Assembly: GCA_964016885.1 (NCBI GenBank)
Contig: OZ024740.1
Location: 331,948,001-332,012,000 of the forward strand
DNA: 64,000 bases
Source: Eledone cirrhosa
Taxonomy: Eukaryota
Direction: 5' to 3'
Of this stretch, positions 24,542 to 37,860 are shown piece by piece. The stretch's first letter is position 1. Every line of letters starts with the position of its first letter. The translations under genes were made by a program, and so were the position numbers. The notes below the pieces were generated by a model. That model was not told where the DNA came from. It saw nothing but the letters and a program-made list of their open reading frames with translations, and did not search any database.

Positions 24542-26348
24542 TAATCTTATGATCTCCAACCACAGAATTTAATTAAAACAAATATTCAATATACTGTCTA
24601 TAACTTTAATCAGATATATTCTATTCACTGCACATTTAGAGAATACAGACGCAGCCTACAGTAACATACGTCCATTATTGATAGTTGCATTTGGGAAGAA
24701 TTCTCTCTGATTAGAATTTGGTTTTCACTTTCCTTGAAAGTCATTTTCTGAAACAGCCACTTAGTGCAAAAAAATTAACATTGACTTTTAAGTGATTAAT
24801 TCTTAAGTAACTACGATCTAACCATGCTAATATTAACTATTTTCTTCGTTGGAAGCATCGCATATATGAGAACGGATTTCACATCACATTCATTTATTGA
24901 TTTTTCAAACCTACTTTCTGTCTATTCAATAACACTGCTGATAAATTCTTAGCATTTTCAAAATTAATCTTACGAGATGACAATCTCAGGTTTAAAACAC
25001 ATTTTAGAGAAGCCTATAGATACAATCAGAAGGAGATATGCTTACTTTAATAGGATGTTATATAACGCGCTGATGTTAGAGGGATAATGTGTTTTAGCAA
25101 CACAATTTTGCTCTTATAATTCTTTAAGTGTAGGAATCATTATGTATGTTTCGAAGCAGAGTAACATCTGATTGAGCTGTAATAAAATGGTGGAATGTAT
25201 CCTAGTAATTGGAAAAAAAAACGAAAGCTGTGCAATTACACCTGTTCTTCTTTAGCTCCATGTCTATCCTCATCTAGTGGGCCTATGATCAAAATCATTT
25301 CTATCATAACCCTTCATTCATTGTATGGTTATGCAACAACAAATGTAACTCATATTTCTGTTTCTCATTCCGATGATAGGGGTGATTTAAGGGATAAATG
25401 TTTAGTAGCTGCTGCTTGACTAGCGGCCACGAAGAGGATCACTCAGCAATTTTTCAAATTGAAGAAAGTTGGAATGCGCTGCGTTAAACAGAGAAGGGTG
25501 GCACAACATATGAACTGGTGGAGATTTCTGTAAACAAACTCTGTATACAGCAAAACTCATCTCTTCTTAAATAATTCCCTCTATCATAACGTATAAGGCT
25601 TTAGACGAACAGTGTGTTCTTATGATATACATATGTAAGGATTTCTAACAACACAAAATTGATAATACTGCAATAAAAATAATTACGGATTCTCCTGCGT
25701 TTCTGTGGTTCGAACTACTTAATGTTAATTTTATTGTTTATCCATGCTGTGTTTTCCACACAGATATGTTCCTTAACATAACTCTCAACATGAATCAGCG
25801 TGATACATTTATAGGTGGTCTACGATGGAAAGCCTGGGAAAATACAAATCAGAGTAGCGCTCGATGCAAGGTAAGATACATAGTAGATATATTAAGAGTC
25901 GTTTCAGCTCTGTCTTGTTTTAAAAAAATGGTCTTGTTTAAAACTGATAAAATCCTGATCTATATACCAGAGTTAGATACGGAGATATCTTTACCAAAAC
26001 ACTGCCGTAAAACTCACTAACTATGTTGTGGGTACACGGCATTATAAGATGCAGTTTTGAAACTGCAAGCTTATTATCTCAGTGAGTGTGTGGGTCATAA
26101 CCGGAAACCGCTGAAATAAATTCGGTGACTTTCGTATAGGATGTAGTATTTACTTCCAGCATTGAGTAGGTTGCCTCCTGTGTAAGATTAAAAAAGCTCC
26201 AAACACAGGCATCACTTGATATGTGATATCTTTTGCGATGAATAGTATTGCTGTCCATAGGCAAATCCCTAACAGGACTAAAAAGTCACATTCGTGACGC
26301 TCATGCTTAAGTATCAAACGATGGCATTACTCGAAATCGAGTGCCAGC

Positions 26349-26394
<46 letters not shown>

Positions 26395-26398
<4 letters not shown>

Positions 26399-26545
26399 GT
26401 GTGGTAAATTACAAGGTGGGCCATAACGCACTAGAGTACTTGATACTTAGGGTAGTAAAGTGGGTAATAGGAAAAGAGGCAGGACCCCGACGGCTGAGCT
26501 CCAGCCGTTTCGACAGCTAGATCCGAATTAAATCCGAACAAATTT
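26395..26545 (-). mobile_element. pLTR fragment of the PLE 1 family with the 3' half of the HHR
   Basis: Homologous to 1255-1376. Retains GAAAC-GGCTGGAGCTCAGCC-GTC-GGGG on the minus strand; flanked by (TA)n. Confidence 0.85.
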
Positions 26546-26585
26546 ATATATATATATATACATACACGCACGCACAACCACACAC

Positions 26586-26689
<104 letters not shown>

Positions 26690-27029
26690 GTGTGTGTGTT
26701 ATTGTTTTATTTTCCCTTCATGCATTTCCTTGTAGTTTAGATCCTTTTCTCTATTAATGCCAGAAAACACCATAATTCAAAGATTTTATTATATAATGTT
26801 GGGATTAGATATGTTTAGGATATTAAGTTTTGGGATTACAAGCATTTCCGTAAATTATTTGTTCGGTAGACATAAAAAGCATTTCGGAGATTATTTTATA
26901 TCATGTTTAGTCTTAATAAAAATATCCCTCTGTAAACTGAATCATAGGGATAGTTTCCTGTGATGAGGATGCTTCTGATTCGAAAGCTTTACAATAAATT
27001 TATTGCATATTATCTCACTCTCTCATACT

Positions 27030-27030
27030 C

Positions 27031-27102
<72 letters not shown>

Positions 27103-27105
27103 TCC

Positions 27106-27136
<31 letters not shown>
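27030..27136. repeat. (CTTT)n microsatellite
   Basis: Direct reading. Confidence 0.95.
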
Positions 27137-27137
<1 letters not shown>

Positions 27138-27319
27138 ATCCCTCTCACAATATTTCCCCCACTCTCCCTCTCTCTCTATGTGTGTGTCTCTCTCTCTCTG
27201 CCTCTCTCTCTCCCTCTCCGTCTCTCTCTCACACACACATACACGCTTTTTCTCTTCAGTCTCTCACAGAAAGGTGCGTCCTGGAGGATAGTTTGCTAAT
27301 TTGTTATGGGACGAACTTT

Positions 27320-27384
<65 letters not shown>

Positions 27385-28119
27385 TTGTGAGTGCGTGTGT
27401 GTGTGTGACCATGTGCATGTGTGTACATGTGTGTTTTTTAAAATATTATTTTTAAAGATGTGCTTACACATATTCGACTCCTTGTTGTTTAGTAAGGAAA
27501 TGTTCACTCCCCACTGCTGGAGGCTATTTCTGATACAAACTAAACGGAAGACTTTTGCATTAAGATATAGGATTCTAAAACGGGAAATTATTAACAATTA
27601 TTTACAAAATCACGAAACCGTAATGTATTTTGATACACTTTTCAGTAGAAGCAGTAATTATATCATATAATAATTGATTCTAATAATGATTTCCACTATA
27701 AGCACAAGTCCAGCAATTTGGGGGAAGGGAAAGTCGATTAAATCGATCCCAGTACGTTACTGGTACTTTATTTTATCGACCTCATAACGATTTTGATTTT
27801 TACATATTTAAAACAACTGTGATAGAATAATTCTTATTACAAATGAAACATAAGATTACATTTTTAGCTCTCAGCAAGCGACAACGCATCACCTTATGGC
27901 ATAGGGCCCCAATATTTAATATTTAATTTTGGATCAGAAATGTTATAGTCAAAAAAGAGGAAATGGCTACGTGGACAGACAGGCAAATAATTTCACCACC
28001 AACACCACCAACGCCACCATCACCACTACCACACCAACAAATCTAGCCAAGTTACTTCAACTTCTATTTCTACTTCAACTTCAACACCATCACTACAGTA
28101 CTACGATCACATCACCACC

Positions 28120-28262
28120 ACCACCACCACCACTGCCTCATTATCGCTACCGCCGCTATTCTCTCCCACTACCTCCTGCTAAGTACTACTAGCACATCAT
28201 CACCACCACCACTGCCTCATTATCACTACCGCCGCTATTCTTTCCCACTACCTCCTGCTAAG
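28120..28262. repeat. Tandem duplication of ~70-80 bp in CAC-rich DNA
   Basis: CCACTGCCTCATTATC.CTACCGCCGCTATTCT.TCCCACTACCTCCTGCTAAG twice. Confidence 0.85.
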
Positions 28263-28529
28263 ACAGTGGGATCGTAGTATTCCCACTAAGTGAGGAAGGC
28301 ATCAAACGATATAAATAGACTGATTTGATAACACGGTCAAAAAATCAAAAAATCAAAAATCAAAATCAAAACAGCACCGCAGCAACGAAAAACGTAAAGA
28401 AAAGATAAAAAGAAAAGAAAAACAAACAAACAAACAAAAAAACTAAGTCAGACATTCAAACATTACATTACAATGAAACATATGCTTATTTTTTTACGTT
28501 TTTACCTATTTATTTATTTATTTATTTAT

Positions 28530-31500
28530 GTTCGTCTACAGCGTGGTAGTGCCACGCTAAAATCACCGGGGGTGATCAAATCACTGGGGGTGATGAAATA
28601 ACCGGTGGTTATGTAACCATACATTCACCAATCCTTGATATGAGTGTTTAAATGTCGAATCTAAACAGTTCGAATAACGGTGAAGTGGAAACTGGAATGT
28701 CATGTGACAGACTCTCACCCAGCAGGTGCTCCCTGGCAAGGCCCTGGCTGTCAACCAAATAATGCTGGTATTGGAGGAAGAGGAAGAAGGAAAGGGACCA
28801 GAACCAACTGGACGAAAGAATTGAATAGAACTGTTATGCAATGTTACCTGAAGAGAAGCCCCAAGGAAAAAGGCTATAGGAAACGGATGCATAGCATCTG
28901 GAACGAGATTGGTCTATTTAAATTAGATGAACAAAGATTGGCCGGGCAGGCTCGGGTAATAAGAACTAACGGGTGGATAAGGGAGCTGGAACTGGAGGAA
29001 ATCAGCAGAGAGATTAGATTGGAAATGGAGAGTGGAATATGCCAGGCAAACGAGCCAGTGGGAGATGAAGGTGAAGAGGTTGAGAGAACGGAGGAAGCAT
29101 CCGAAGCAGACAATGATCTGAATGCTGAAATAAATAATACCTGTAACAGAGATACGAGCATTGAGGAAATGAATGCTGACGGGCTAGGACAAGATTTGGT
29201 TAATATCCTAAACTTAGTGGTAGATAAATTGAACAATGATAGTGGGAAACCTATGAACCTAAGATTTGTAGACAGGAAAAAGTTAAAAGAAACAACAGCT
29301 AAGGAAAAACAAAGTCATCCCATTCCTTGAGGCGAGGACCCTTCACCAGTGCAACAATATCCTCAAAGCAACAGCAAATGCGGTGAGGAAATTACTTGGC
29401 ATAAAAGCGAGAGGAAACAACACACAAGAAAGATCAGAACCTTGGTGAAAGAAACGACTGAATGGTCAAATCAGGGAAATGAGAAATGACATTGGAAAGC
29501 TTGAGTCCCTACTGAATGGGACACTACAAAACATAGACACTAAAAATAGACTGGAAATACAATACAAAATTAGGAGTAAAAAGCTAAATATTATCATAGA
29601 GGAACTGAAGCAAGGCATTGTAGCAAAGAGCGCAAAGATTAGGCGATACGAGAGCAGAGTCAGTCAGTATAGACAGAACCGCATGTTTGACAACAACCAG
29701 AAGATGTTGTTTGGACAGCTTGAAGGGAAAGAAAGAGGCAACGACTTGATCCCTAAGGCGGAAAAAACTAAAACATTCTGGAGAGGAATATGGGAGCAGG
29801 ATATTGAACATAATGATCAGGCAGTGTGGATTGAGACAGTACAAAAGGAGATTAGTGAACAAACACACCAACAAACTGATTAGCGTATCATAGCTGAAAC
29901 TCTTAAGTGGCAGGCCAGAAAACTAACCAACTGGAAAGCACCAGGTATTGGATTAAAAATATAACTTCCCTCCACCCGAAACTGACAACCATGTTCAATG
30001 ACTGTTTGATGTCAGGCGAGGTACCAGAGTGGTTGACAAAAATGGTACCACAGTTCTGGTAATGAAAGACCGAACCAAGGGTAATGATGTTACCAACTAT
30101 AGACCTATCACATGTCTGTCCGTAATGTGGAAACTGTTAACAAGCATTGTGTCTGAGGAAATCTACCATCACCTCCACACAAACAACTTGTTACCGGACG
30201 AACAGAAAGGATGCCGAAAGAAGTCCCGTGGCACAAAGGACCAGTTACTTATTGATTAAGATGGTAATGAGGAATTGCAGGAGGAGACACACTGGTCTTG
30301 CCATGAGATTGATAGACAACAACAAGGCATTCGACATGGTGCCTCATTCTTGGATCACCTCACCAAAAGCCTAGAGATCTTCAAGGTAGCAGACAACATC
30401 AGACAGTTGTTGAGGAAAAGTATGAAGTCCTGGAAAACAGAGTTAACATCAGCTGGAGAATCCTTGGAAGGCGTGAAGATCAAGATAGGTATCTTCCAGG
30501 GAGATAGTCTGTCCCCTCTGTTGTTTGTCCTTGCCCTGATCCCCCTGACCATTATACTGCGAAAAGTGAGAGCAGGATACAAGTTGGGAAAAGGAGAGCT
30601 TACCATCAACCACCTCATATTCATGGACGATCTTAAGCTCTTCGGGAAGAGTGAGGAGTTGGATGTGCTCGTTGACACTGTCCGTATTTTCAGCAATGAT
30701 ATATGTATGCAATTTGGTATTAGTAAGTGTGGAGTCCTTGTGATGAAGTGGGGTAAATTGAGCAGAAGCAACGGAATCCAGATACCAACAGGTGAGATGA
30801 TAAAGGAAATTGATACTGAAGAGGGATACAAATATTTAGGTGTTCTGGAGGCTGATAACATCAAGAACAAAAAAATGAAGGAATTGATAAGATCTGAATA
30901 CATTCGAAGAGTAAAGAGCGTATTAAAGTCACATCTGAACAGTAGGAATGCCATAAGTGCAGTAAATCCCCGAGCTGTGTCTATTATTAGGTATAATGCG
31001 GGAATTCTGAGATGGAATGTTGCTGAACAAAAAGAAATTGATAGGAAGACTAGGAAGCTATTGACTATCTACAACATGTTCCACAAAAGGAGTGATGTCA
31101 ATAGACTCTACTTAAGGAGATCTGAAGGTGGAAGAGGTTTTATCAGCATAGAGGACTGTGTTCAGATGGAGAAAAACAACCTACACAAATACGTGATTGA
31201 TAGTAAGGAGCCAATACTCAGAATTGTACTGAAGGAGAGGACAATAGACAGGGGATGTCCAAGGAGGAAATAACAACAAGGAGTAAGAGACATCTTCATG
31301 AAAAATCTCTTCATAGTGCCTTCTTTGAGAAAACTGAATTTAGAGATCCACAGACATGGAACTGGTTGAAAAGATGAGACCTTAAAAAGGCTACAGAAGG
31401 AATGCTAATAGCTGCGCAAGAGCAGTTCCTCAAAACGAAGTGGCTGAAACACCATATATACAAGGAGGAGGCTAGCCCACTGTGTAGGATCTGTGGAGAG

Positions 31501-32132
31501 AGAGAGGAGACTGTGGCTCACATTGTATCCGAGTGTAAACACCTAGCCCAGACTCATTATAAGGGCTGGAGACATGATGTTATGGGCAGGGTGATCCACT
31601 GGCACCTATGCAAAGTAAACAATTTACCACATTCTGAGAAGTGGTATGAGCATAAGCCAGAGTCGGTGATGGGAAACGATCAGGTGAAGGTGCTGTGGGA
31701 TTTTAGGATACAGACGGACAAGAAAATGGAACACAATAGACTTTACCTGGTGGTTTTGGAGAAGGGAAACAGATCGTGCCTGACTGTGGATTTAGCCTGC
31801 CCATTCGACACGAGATTGCAAGAGAAGGAGAGGGAGAAAATTAACCGATACCAGGACTTAAAGTGGGAGGTAAAAAGGATTTGGAACTGCCATGAAGTCA
31901 AAGTGGTCCCGATTGTTATAGGCGCACTAGGTACTATCTCAAAGAGTTTCCAAGGATGGTTAAAGAAAATTGGTCACGCCCCGCTTTTTGGAACACTTCA
32001 AAAGCATGCTTGCTGAGAACAGCAAGAACCCTCCGATACGTCCTGAATATCTGAGGCTGCAGGTAGTGGCTTGATATTCATTTCAACAAACTTTCCAGTT
32101 AAATAACATCAATGACTGAGACTCGAAGAACA
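28530..32132 (+). mobile_element. R4/Dong-type non-LTR retrotransposon (RT + REL endonuclease), near full length, decayed
   Basis: [52 protein letters not shown]; CCHC finger CRICGEREETVAHIVSEC, RHD, VDLACP, KINRYQDL. Confidence 0.92.
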
Positions 32133-32134
32133 AT

Positions 32135-35100
32135 AATTTTCCTTTTCAAATGAAATTTGAAAAAGTTAATCAGGGCATCACCGAAGAGGTAAGTGCTCGT
32201 CTTCAGCCCTTTCAGACGCGTCCACCATACTATCTCTTTCGCTATGGTCACCAGACAGATAAAAACTGCCTGCCCTTCCCGGCTAAAGGAAGAGGGCGGA
32301 GCATTCCTCACTATGGACTCAGTTGATAGCCGGATCCTTTCTACATGCGACAGCAGGAGTTCGACATAAACCCACAAGTCAGCAATGCTCGTACACTGGA
32401 CGAGTGCATGCAGGACGGTTCGTCACCCAGCGTGCATCTCGAACATGTCCGGCTGACGGCACTTCCGTGCCTGTAGAATTTATCCCGAACTGGCAAAGCT
32501 CCTCGGTAGCAGTACCAGGCTAGGGGTTTCTGGAAATTGTCCATAGGCTCCGGCCCGAAAGTCCTTCCGAAGAGATTGCCTAGTTGATTTTCGTGGACGC
32601 CTAGATTTTCCCCCAATCACGTCGTCGCTCTCTCCTCCACTAATCCTCTATAGAACGCCAATGTGGAGTTTTCACCGATCACATTGCCCGATTGGTCGAG
32701 GGCCGCGAGCGCCTGCAGACATTCCAGTCTCCAATCGCCCCCTCTCGGTCTTCACTTGACCCAGGACTGCAGCTACGTCAAGGAGACGAGCTGGGGAAAG
32801 AGGCGTCTAGCAAACGGCGACCTCACCTAATCACTGTCGAGGAAGAGGTGGAGATGTCGTAGCCTGAGCGCGTGTCTGCGCATCATCAGCCACGGAATCC
32901 TCAGCCCTCCACGTAGCGGGTGTTGGACCGCTTGACGATCCGAGCGCATCCCTTCCACAAAAAGCGAAAGAGCAAAGGGTCCAGTGCAGTCAGGCGAGGC
33001 CTAGGACAAGGCACGACGGTCAGGCGGTAGTAGATGACGGACGCGATATACGCACTCGTCACCTCCGCTCGACCTTTCAGGGATAGCTTCCACTCTGCCC
33101 ATTTCTGGGGGAGAGAAGCCACCCTGCTCGTCGCCTCATCCCAGTATTTGTCCGTCTGAAGGTCTGGACCGAACCAAACCACCTAGCAATTTAAGCGGTC
33201 CATCCGTCCAGCGCCCGACGACGCAGTTGGACAACATAGACATGCCTCTCCAGGTGCAGAGCTACAGGCCCACCGACATTTCCCGGTTGATCATTGCTCC
33301 TGTCACCGCTTCGTATTCTCTTAGTGTGGTGCCGATCGCCTCGATGTGTTTGGTGTTTGACACCACTACTATGACACGTCCGCATATGCTGACACGGATC
33401 TTCCGCATCCTAGTTCGCGCGGGACCCCCCTCAACGTCTCAAGTTTGTGCAGTAATGGCTCGAGATACAATACGTACAAGAGGGACGAGAGGGGACATCC
33501 TTGGCGGACCGAGCGCATGATGTTGAACGGTTCCGAAAGGTTACCGTTTACTCTCACCACAGAGCAGATGTCGCTGTTCTTGGAAGCGGTCCAGCCTCTG
33601 AAGACGGGCCCAAAGCCAGCCGCCCTCAGGACTACCGCCATATAACGATGGTGGACCCCATCGAAAGCTTTCGACTGATCTAAATTTATCAAAGACCCAC
33701 CCATATCAGGTTCCCTAGCTATCCTCTCCACAATGTATCGCATGAGCTGGAGGTTGTTTGGAATGGATCTGTTTGGAATGGCGCATATCTGCCCCTCTCC
33801 CACCAGACGACCAACGACAAGCGCCAGCCTCTTTGCTAGTACCTTAGCCAAAATCTTGAACTCTGTGTTTAGAAGAGTTATGGGCCTGAAATTGTCTATT
33901 GTATCCCCCTTGTTCGGATCCTTTCTCAGCAATGCCACTGCTCCTCGGCTCACAGAGCTGGAAATTCTCCCGTTCTGTTGCCAGTTGCAGTAGACATCCG
34001 CCAAGAGGCCTCCGAACAAGTCTAGCATCTGTACGTAAAGTTCATAGGGCAGATCATCCAAACCAGGCGATTTACCCCTTGTGCAGCCAGTCGTTGCCTC
34101 CCGCACTTCAGCTGCTGGTATCGACTTTTCGCAACACTCCTCGGTGGCCGAGAGACGCGGCAGTCCGTCGAGTTAGGCACTAAAGTCCATCCCGAACAGC
34201 TGAGCGAAGTGTCGCTGAAAAGCTTCACACATTCGCTCTGGATCGAGTAGCATGCGCCCGTTGTGGTCCACAAAAAGACCGGATCGTGGCTTTGTTGCCA
34301 CGACGCGCCTCCGCCACTCGGGCCCATTGAACGGCGTTCGTGCTCTCGTGACTGAGAGCACGCACCCTAGCTCTGACAACGCAGCCTTCGTGTTTTGCAT
34401 TGAAGAATTGGTCAAGGGCCAATTTCGCCGCAAGTACGTCGGTCGCGATGCCTTTGATAAGCGCCTCGTTTAATTTTCTAACAAGTTCTCCTTCTGCTCT
34501 ATTTTTCTCTATTGCTAAAGCTTTACTAAACCTTATGGATTCTATTCTACTCGCTCTTTTTAGAGCAAACCAGCACTTGTTGACGATGGCCCCCGTCAAC
34601 ACCCGCGTAACTAGTTCGCTAATCCGGTCTCTGTTGGCCTTGCGCACTGTTAATGACGCGTTTAGCTTCCAGTAGCCGTGTCCTTGTCTATGAAGCCTAT
34701 CTAAGTCAACCACACAGATCAGGAATTTGTGGTCCGTGTAGCTGACTATCTTGAATTGTGGACAGCCTATGCTAGACCTATCTATTTCCTCACAAAATAC
34801 TCTATCTAGATATGATCTGGATGACCCGAAACGATTTATCCAAGTCCACATTGGCACATTCGTGAAATCCAATCGGTACCTGTCAAACAGTTCAAAACGC
34901 CCGAGCAGGTTGGTGAGCCTCTTGCACCCTCCTCCCCTATCCGCCAATGTCACACAGTCCCAGCGTGCATCTAAGATCCCGTTCCAGTGGCCCACTAACA
35001 CTAAAAAGCGGGACGTTCCTAGAAAGGTCTCCAGACGCCGGAAGAAATCAGGCCGCCCTGCTCCTGTCGGGACATAGACGGCCACTAGTCTGAAAGCTTG

Positions 35101-35413
35101 CCCTTCTCCGCTGGTCACGTCCAGCACCACCAACTTACCTTCTGGGTCCAAGAAGATGGCCCGTATAGCGAGATCCAAACCTCTCCGAAAAAGCACAGCC
35201 CCCACCCCCACCCCCGGATCCCGGACGGATGGGAGATGCCTACGCATCGTAGCCGCCGAAGATCGGTGCGAAGGCCCGTGCTACGGAGATTCTGGTCTCG
35301 CTGATGGCCACTACATCTATGTTTAGTGACCTGAGGTCGTTGAGCAGGTGGCCCTGCTTCTATAACGACCCCAAGCCACGTGCATTTATGCTGCCTATTT
35401 TGAGTGAGGTCAT
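32135..35413 (-). pseudogene. Tx1 ORF2 (APE-RT), disrupted
   Basis: ORFs 34225..35247, 33369..34106, 32901..33182 (LSLKGRA) and 32099..32377. Confidence 0.9.
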
Positions 35414-35448
35414 ATTTAAAATGGAGTGGAAAAGATGGGAAAGACCAC

Positions 35449-37209
35449 TTACCTTACTTCTCGCAGAGGAAGAATGGTTTCTCCATTCCTTTTCACTTGA
35501 TCGTCTGGTGAAGGGACCGTTGAATCGTCCCTTCGGCTGGTCGTCGGCTCTACTGTCAGTATATCCGAATATTCTCTACGGTTGAGTGTCCCTCCTAGGT
35601 CTCTGAAATCACCAACTGCGTTGGAGAATTTCGTTTTAGTGTTTGTGTATTGTTTCTGTGCTATTCTTACCAGTCTTATGTTCGTTGGTATTTTGATTGG
35701 TGCTGGTATTATGTAGTCGTGCTGTGAAATGTCTGTGTGTTCAATTATGTAAGTCATTAGTTTCTTGTTGTGTGTATTTATTGCTGTGCATTTTGTTTTT
35801 CTGGGGGTGGGGTGTGGTACTGCTATTTTCTTGTCGTTGTAGCTGGGTGTGTGTGTTTTGTTGTTGTGTGTGTGCTGTTGGTGCTTGTGGTGGTGGTGTT
35901 GAAGGTGTTGTTGTTGTTGGCAGTGGGGTTGCCGCCGGTGGTGATGGTGGTGCTAGTGTGGGTGGTGATGCTGTTGGTGGTGTTGCTGCTGTAAGTCTCT
36001 TTGCAGTAGCCTTTACCCTTTTTTCGTTTATTTCCTCCCTTTTCGAAGGTGACAGTATTTGCTGCTTCTGTGTTTGTGCCTTCTTGCGACCTTTTGCCAT
36101 CCCTCTCCCACCTCACACTCCATGTCCGATTCTGTGAGGTCGGGGAGGGGTACCAGCTCCACTCTTTTACTTGTTCTTGTTGGTGATGTTTGCAGTGGAG
36201 TCTCTGTTGCAGCTGCAGTTGGTATTGCTGTTATTGTTGTTAATACTTCCACTGCTGCTGCTGTTCTTGATTTCCGTGGCGTGGGTATGGGTGCCACGGA
36301 CCTATCCTTCCTGGTTGCCGCCTGTCCTGTTGCTGGTAGCAGTGGAGCCGGTTTCGGAAGGAGGGGGGTTTTCTCCTTTCTCAGGGTCTTCTCATTGCAG
36401 AAGGACCTGAGATGAGTCTTCGATCCACAGCGAAAGCATTTCGGGCGTTTGCCCTCAACACTTATGGGCAGTTGAGTGGCGTTATCGAAGTCTATCACAT
36501 CCGGGATAGCTTCGATGCACTCCTGGTTGGTTTGGATTAACATCTCAATGGAGGTGCCGACCCAATCTTCTCGTACTTTTTTCTGTACTTGCAGTACAGT
36601 TGTTTTGTCCTCGATTCCGACGAGGACAGACGCAGCCAGCCAAAAAGGGGCCATCCCGGGGGGGGGGGGGGTCAGCTTGACCCTCACAATTTTTTGTCCG
36701 CAGTAGGAGGGCACCAACACCATTTCCTCGCTCCTTAGGGTCACTAAGGATTGAGCCTTTGCCTCCTGTGGTGTGGCAAGAACCACGTCCACGGTGGCAT
36801 ATTTCTTGCCTCGGGTGATATGCGTTTTCCGCTGCCACACAGACCCTAAGGCTTTTTGTATTTGAGCCTTTGTGGCTCTTTCAACTCTACGTGATTTTGT
36901 GCTTACTGTACGGTACGTGACCATACAGTGCTGTTGGATTGCGAAAACTTCTTCGGCTGCCTTGCAGATTGCTCGGTGTCCGGTTTCGTCACCATCTTCT
37001 TTGCTTCCTGTAATTCCTCATTTGTTATAAGGATGGTTTCCAGGTTCTTTGCGATACCTGCAAACGAGATTGGTTTTTCTTTGTTGTTGTTGTTGTTGTC
37101 GTCGTCAGAGCTGCTGTTACTTTTGTTGTTGCTGCTGGTACTACGACTGCCGCCGCCGCTGTTGCTGTGGTTGTTGTTGTTGTTGTTGTGCTGCTGCTGC
37201 TGTTGTTGT

Positions 37210-37241
<32 letters not shown>

Positions 37242-37623
37242 TTTATGCTGCTGCTGATGCTGTTGCGGCTGCTACTGTTGTTTTCCTTGTCACTGTTGCT
37301 GCTGCTGCTGTTATTACGGCTGCTACTGCTATTATTAATGACGTCAGACGAATGAAATGGGTTTCCGTATTACCGCACACATTTTTCGTCGTTGTCGTCG
37401 TCGTGGAGAAACGTTCCACATTTTGCACGTGCTCTTGGAAACTATCAGAAACTATATTTTTCTTTTTCTTTACTGACGTCGCTTGCGAATGAGAAGGGAG
37501 GGAGAGAGACACATTTAGAGAAGGGAGGGAGAGAGACAATCTTCTCTCTGGTGTAGTGACGATTGAGGAAGAAGAAGACGGAATGAGTGGGAGTGACTTG
37601 TGAAAATTCTTTTTTGTAGCCAT
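35449..37623 (-). pseudogene. Tx1 ORF1 (gag-like, CCHC knuckle, low-complexity CAG/CAA tracts), frameshifted
   Basis: ORF 36028..36924 carries CX2CX4HX4C; the flanking ORFs are Thr/Gln/Pro-rich. Confidence 0.75.
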
Positions 37624-37860
37624 TTTTGGGGGGGTTTAAAATAAATATTGGGCACAAAACCCCAATAAGCGGTTATTTAACCCCGAAGGGCCAAATGACG
37701 GACAGAAAGACCCCTCTCACGAGGAGGAGGGTGTTTTTGTCTACAATTTGGTTAAAGTTTTAAACAATTTACAATTGTTATAGCGGTTAAAGTTTACTAT
37801 ACCTTACAGAGCCGAGCCTCCGTCAACCATGGCATTCAATAATAATAGTAATAATAATAA

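Larger units (their letters stand above)
32135..37827 (-). mobile_element. Tx1-type (L1 clade) LINE; 5' end present, last ~400 bp of the 3' end missing
   Basis: ORF1 has zinc knuckle CFRCGSKTHLRSFC. ORF2 starts MTSLKIGSINARGL (ATG 35413), then APE (VAVYVP, SYLDRV, TDHK, GYWKLN) and RT (KSPGLDDLP, FRPITLLNTEFKILAK, LDQSKAFD, VRQGCPLS, AYADV). (AAT)n at the 5' flank. Confidence 0.92.

Noticed and set aside
28700-28770. HDV-like ribozyme at the Dong 5' end
   Set aside because: P1/P2-like crossing stems exist, but there is no valid P3/L3, P1.1 or P4/J4-2.
36928-37492. Poly-Cys / poly-Leu ORFs on the + strand
   Set aside because: Antisense of the CAG/CAA low-complexity tract in Tx1 ORF1.
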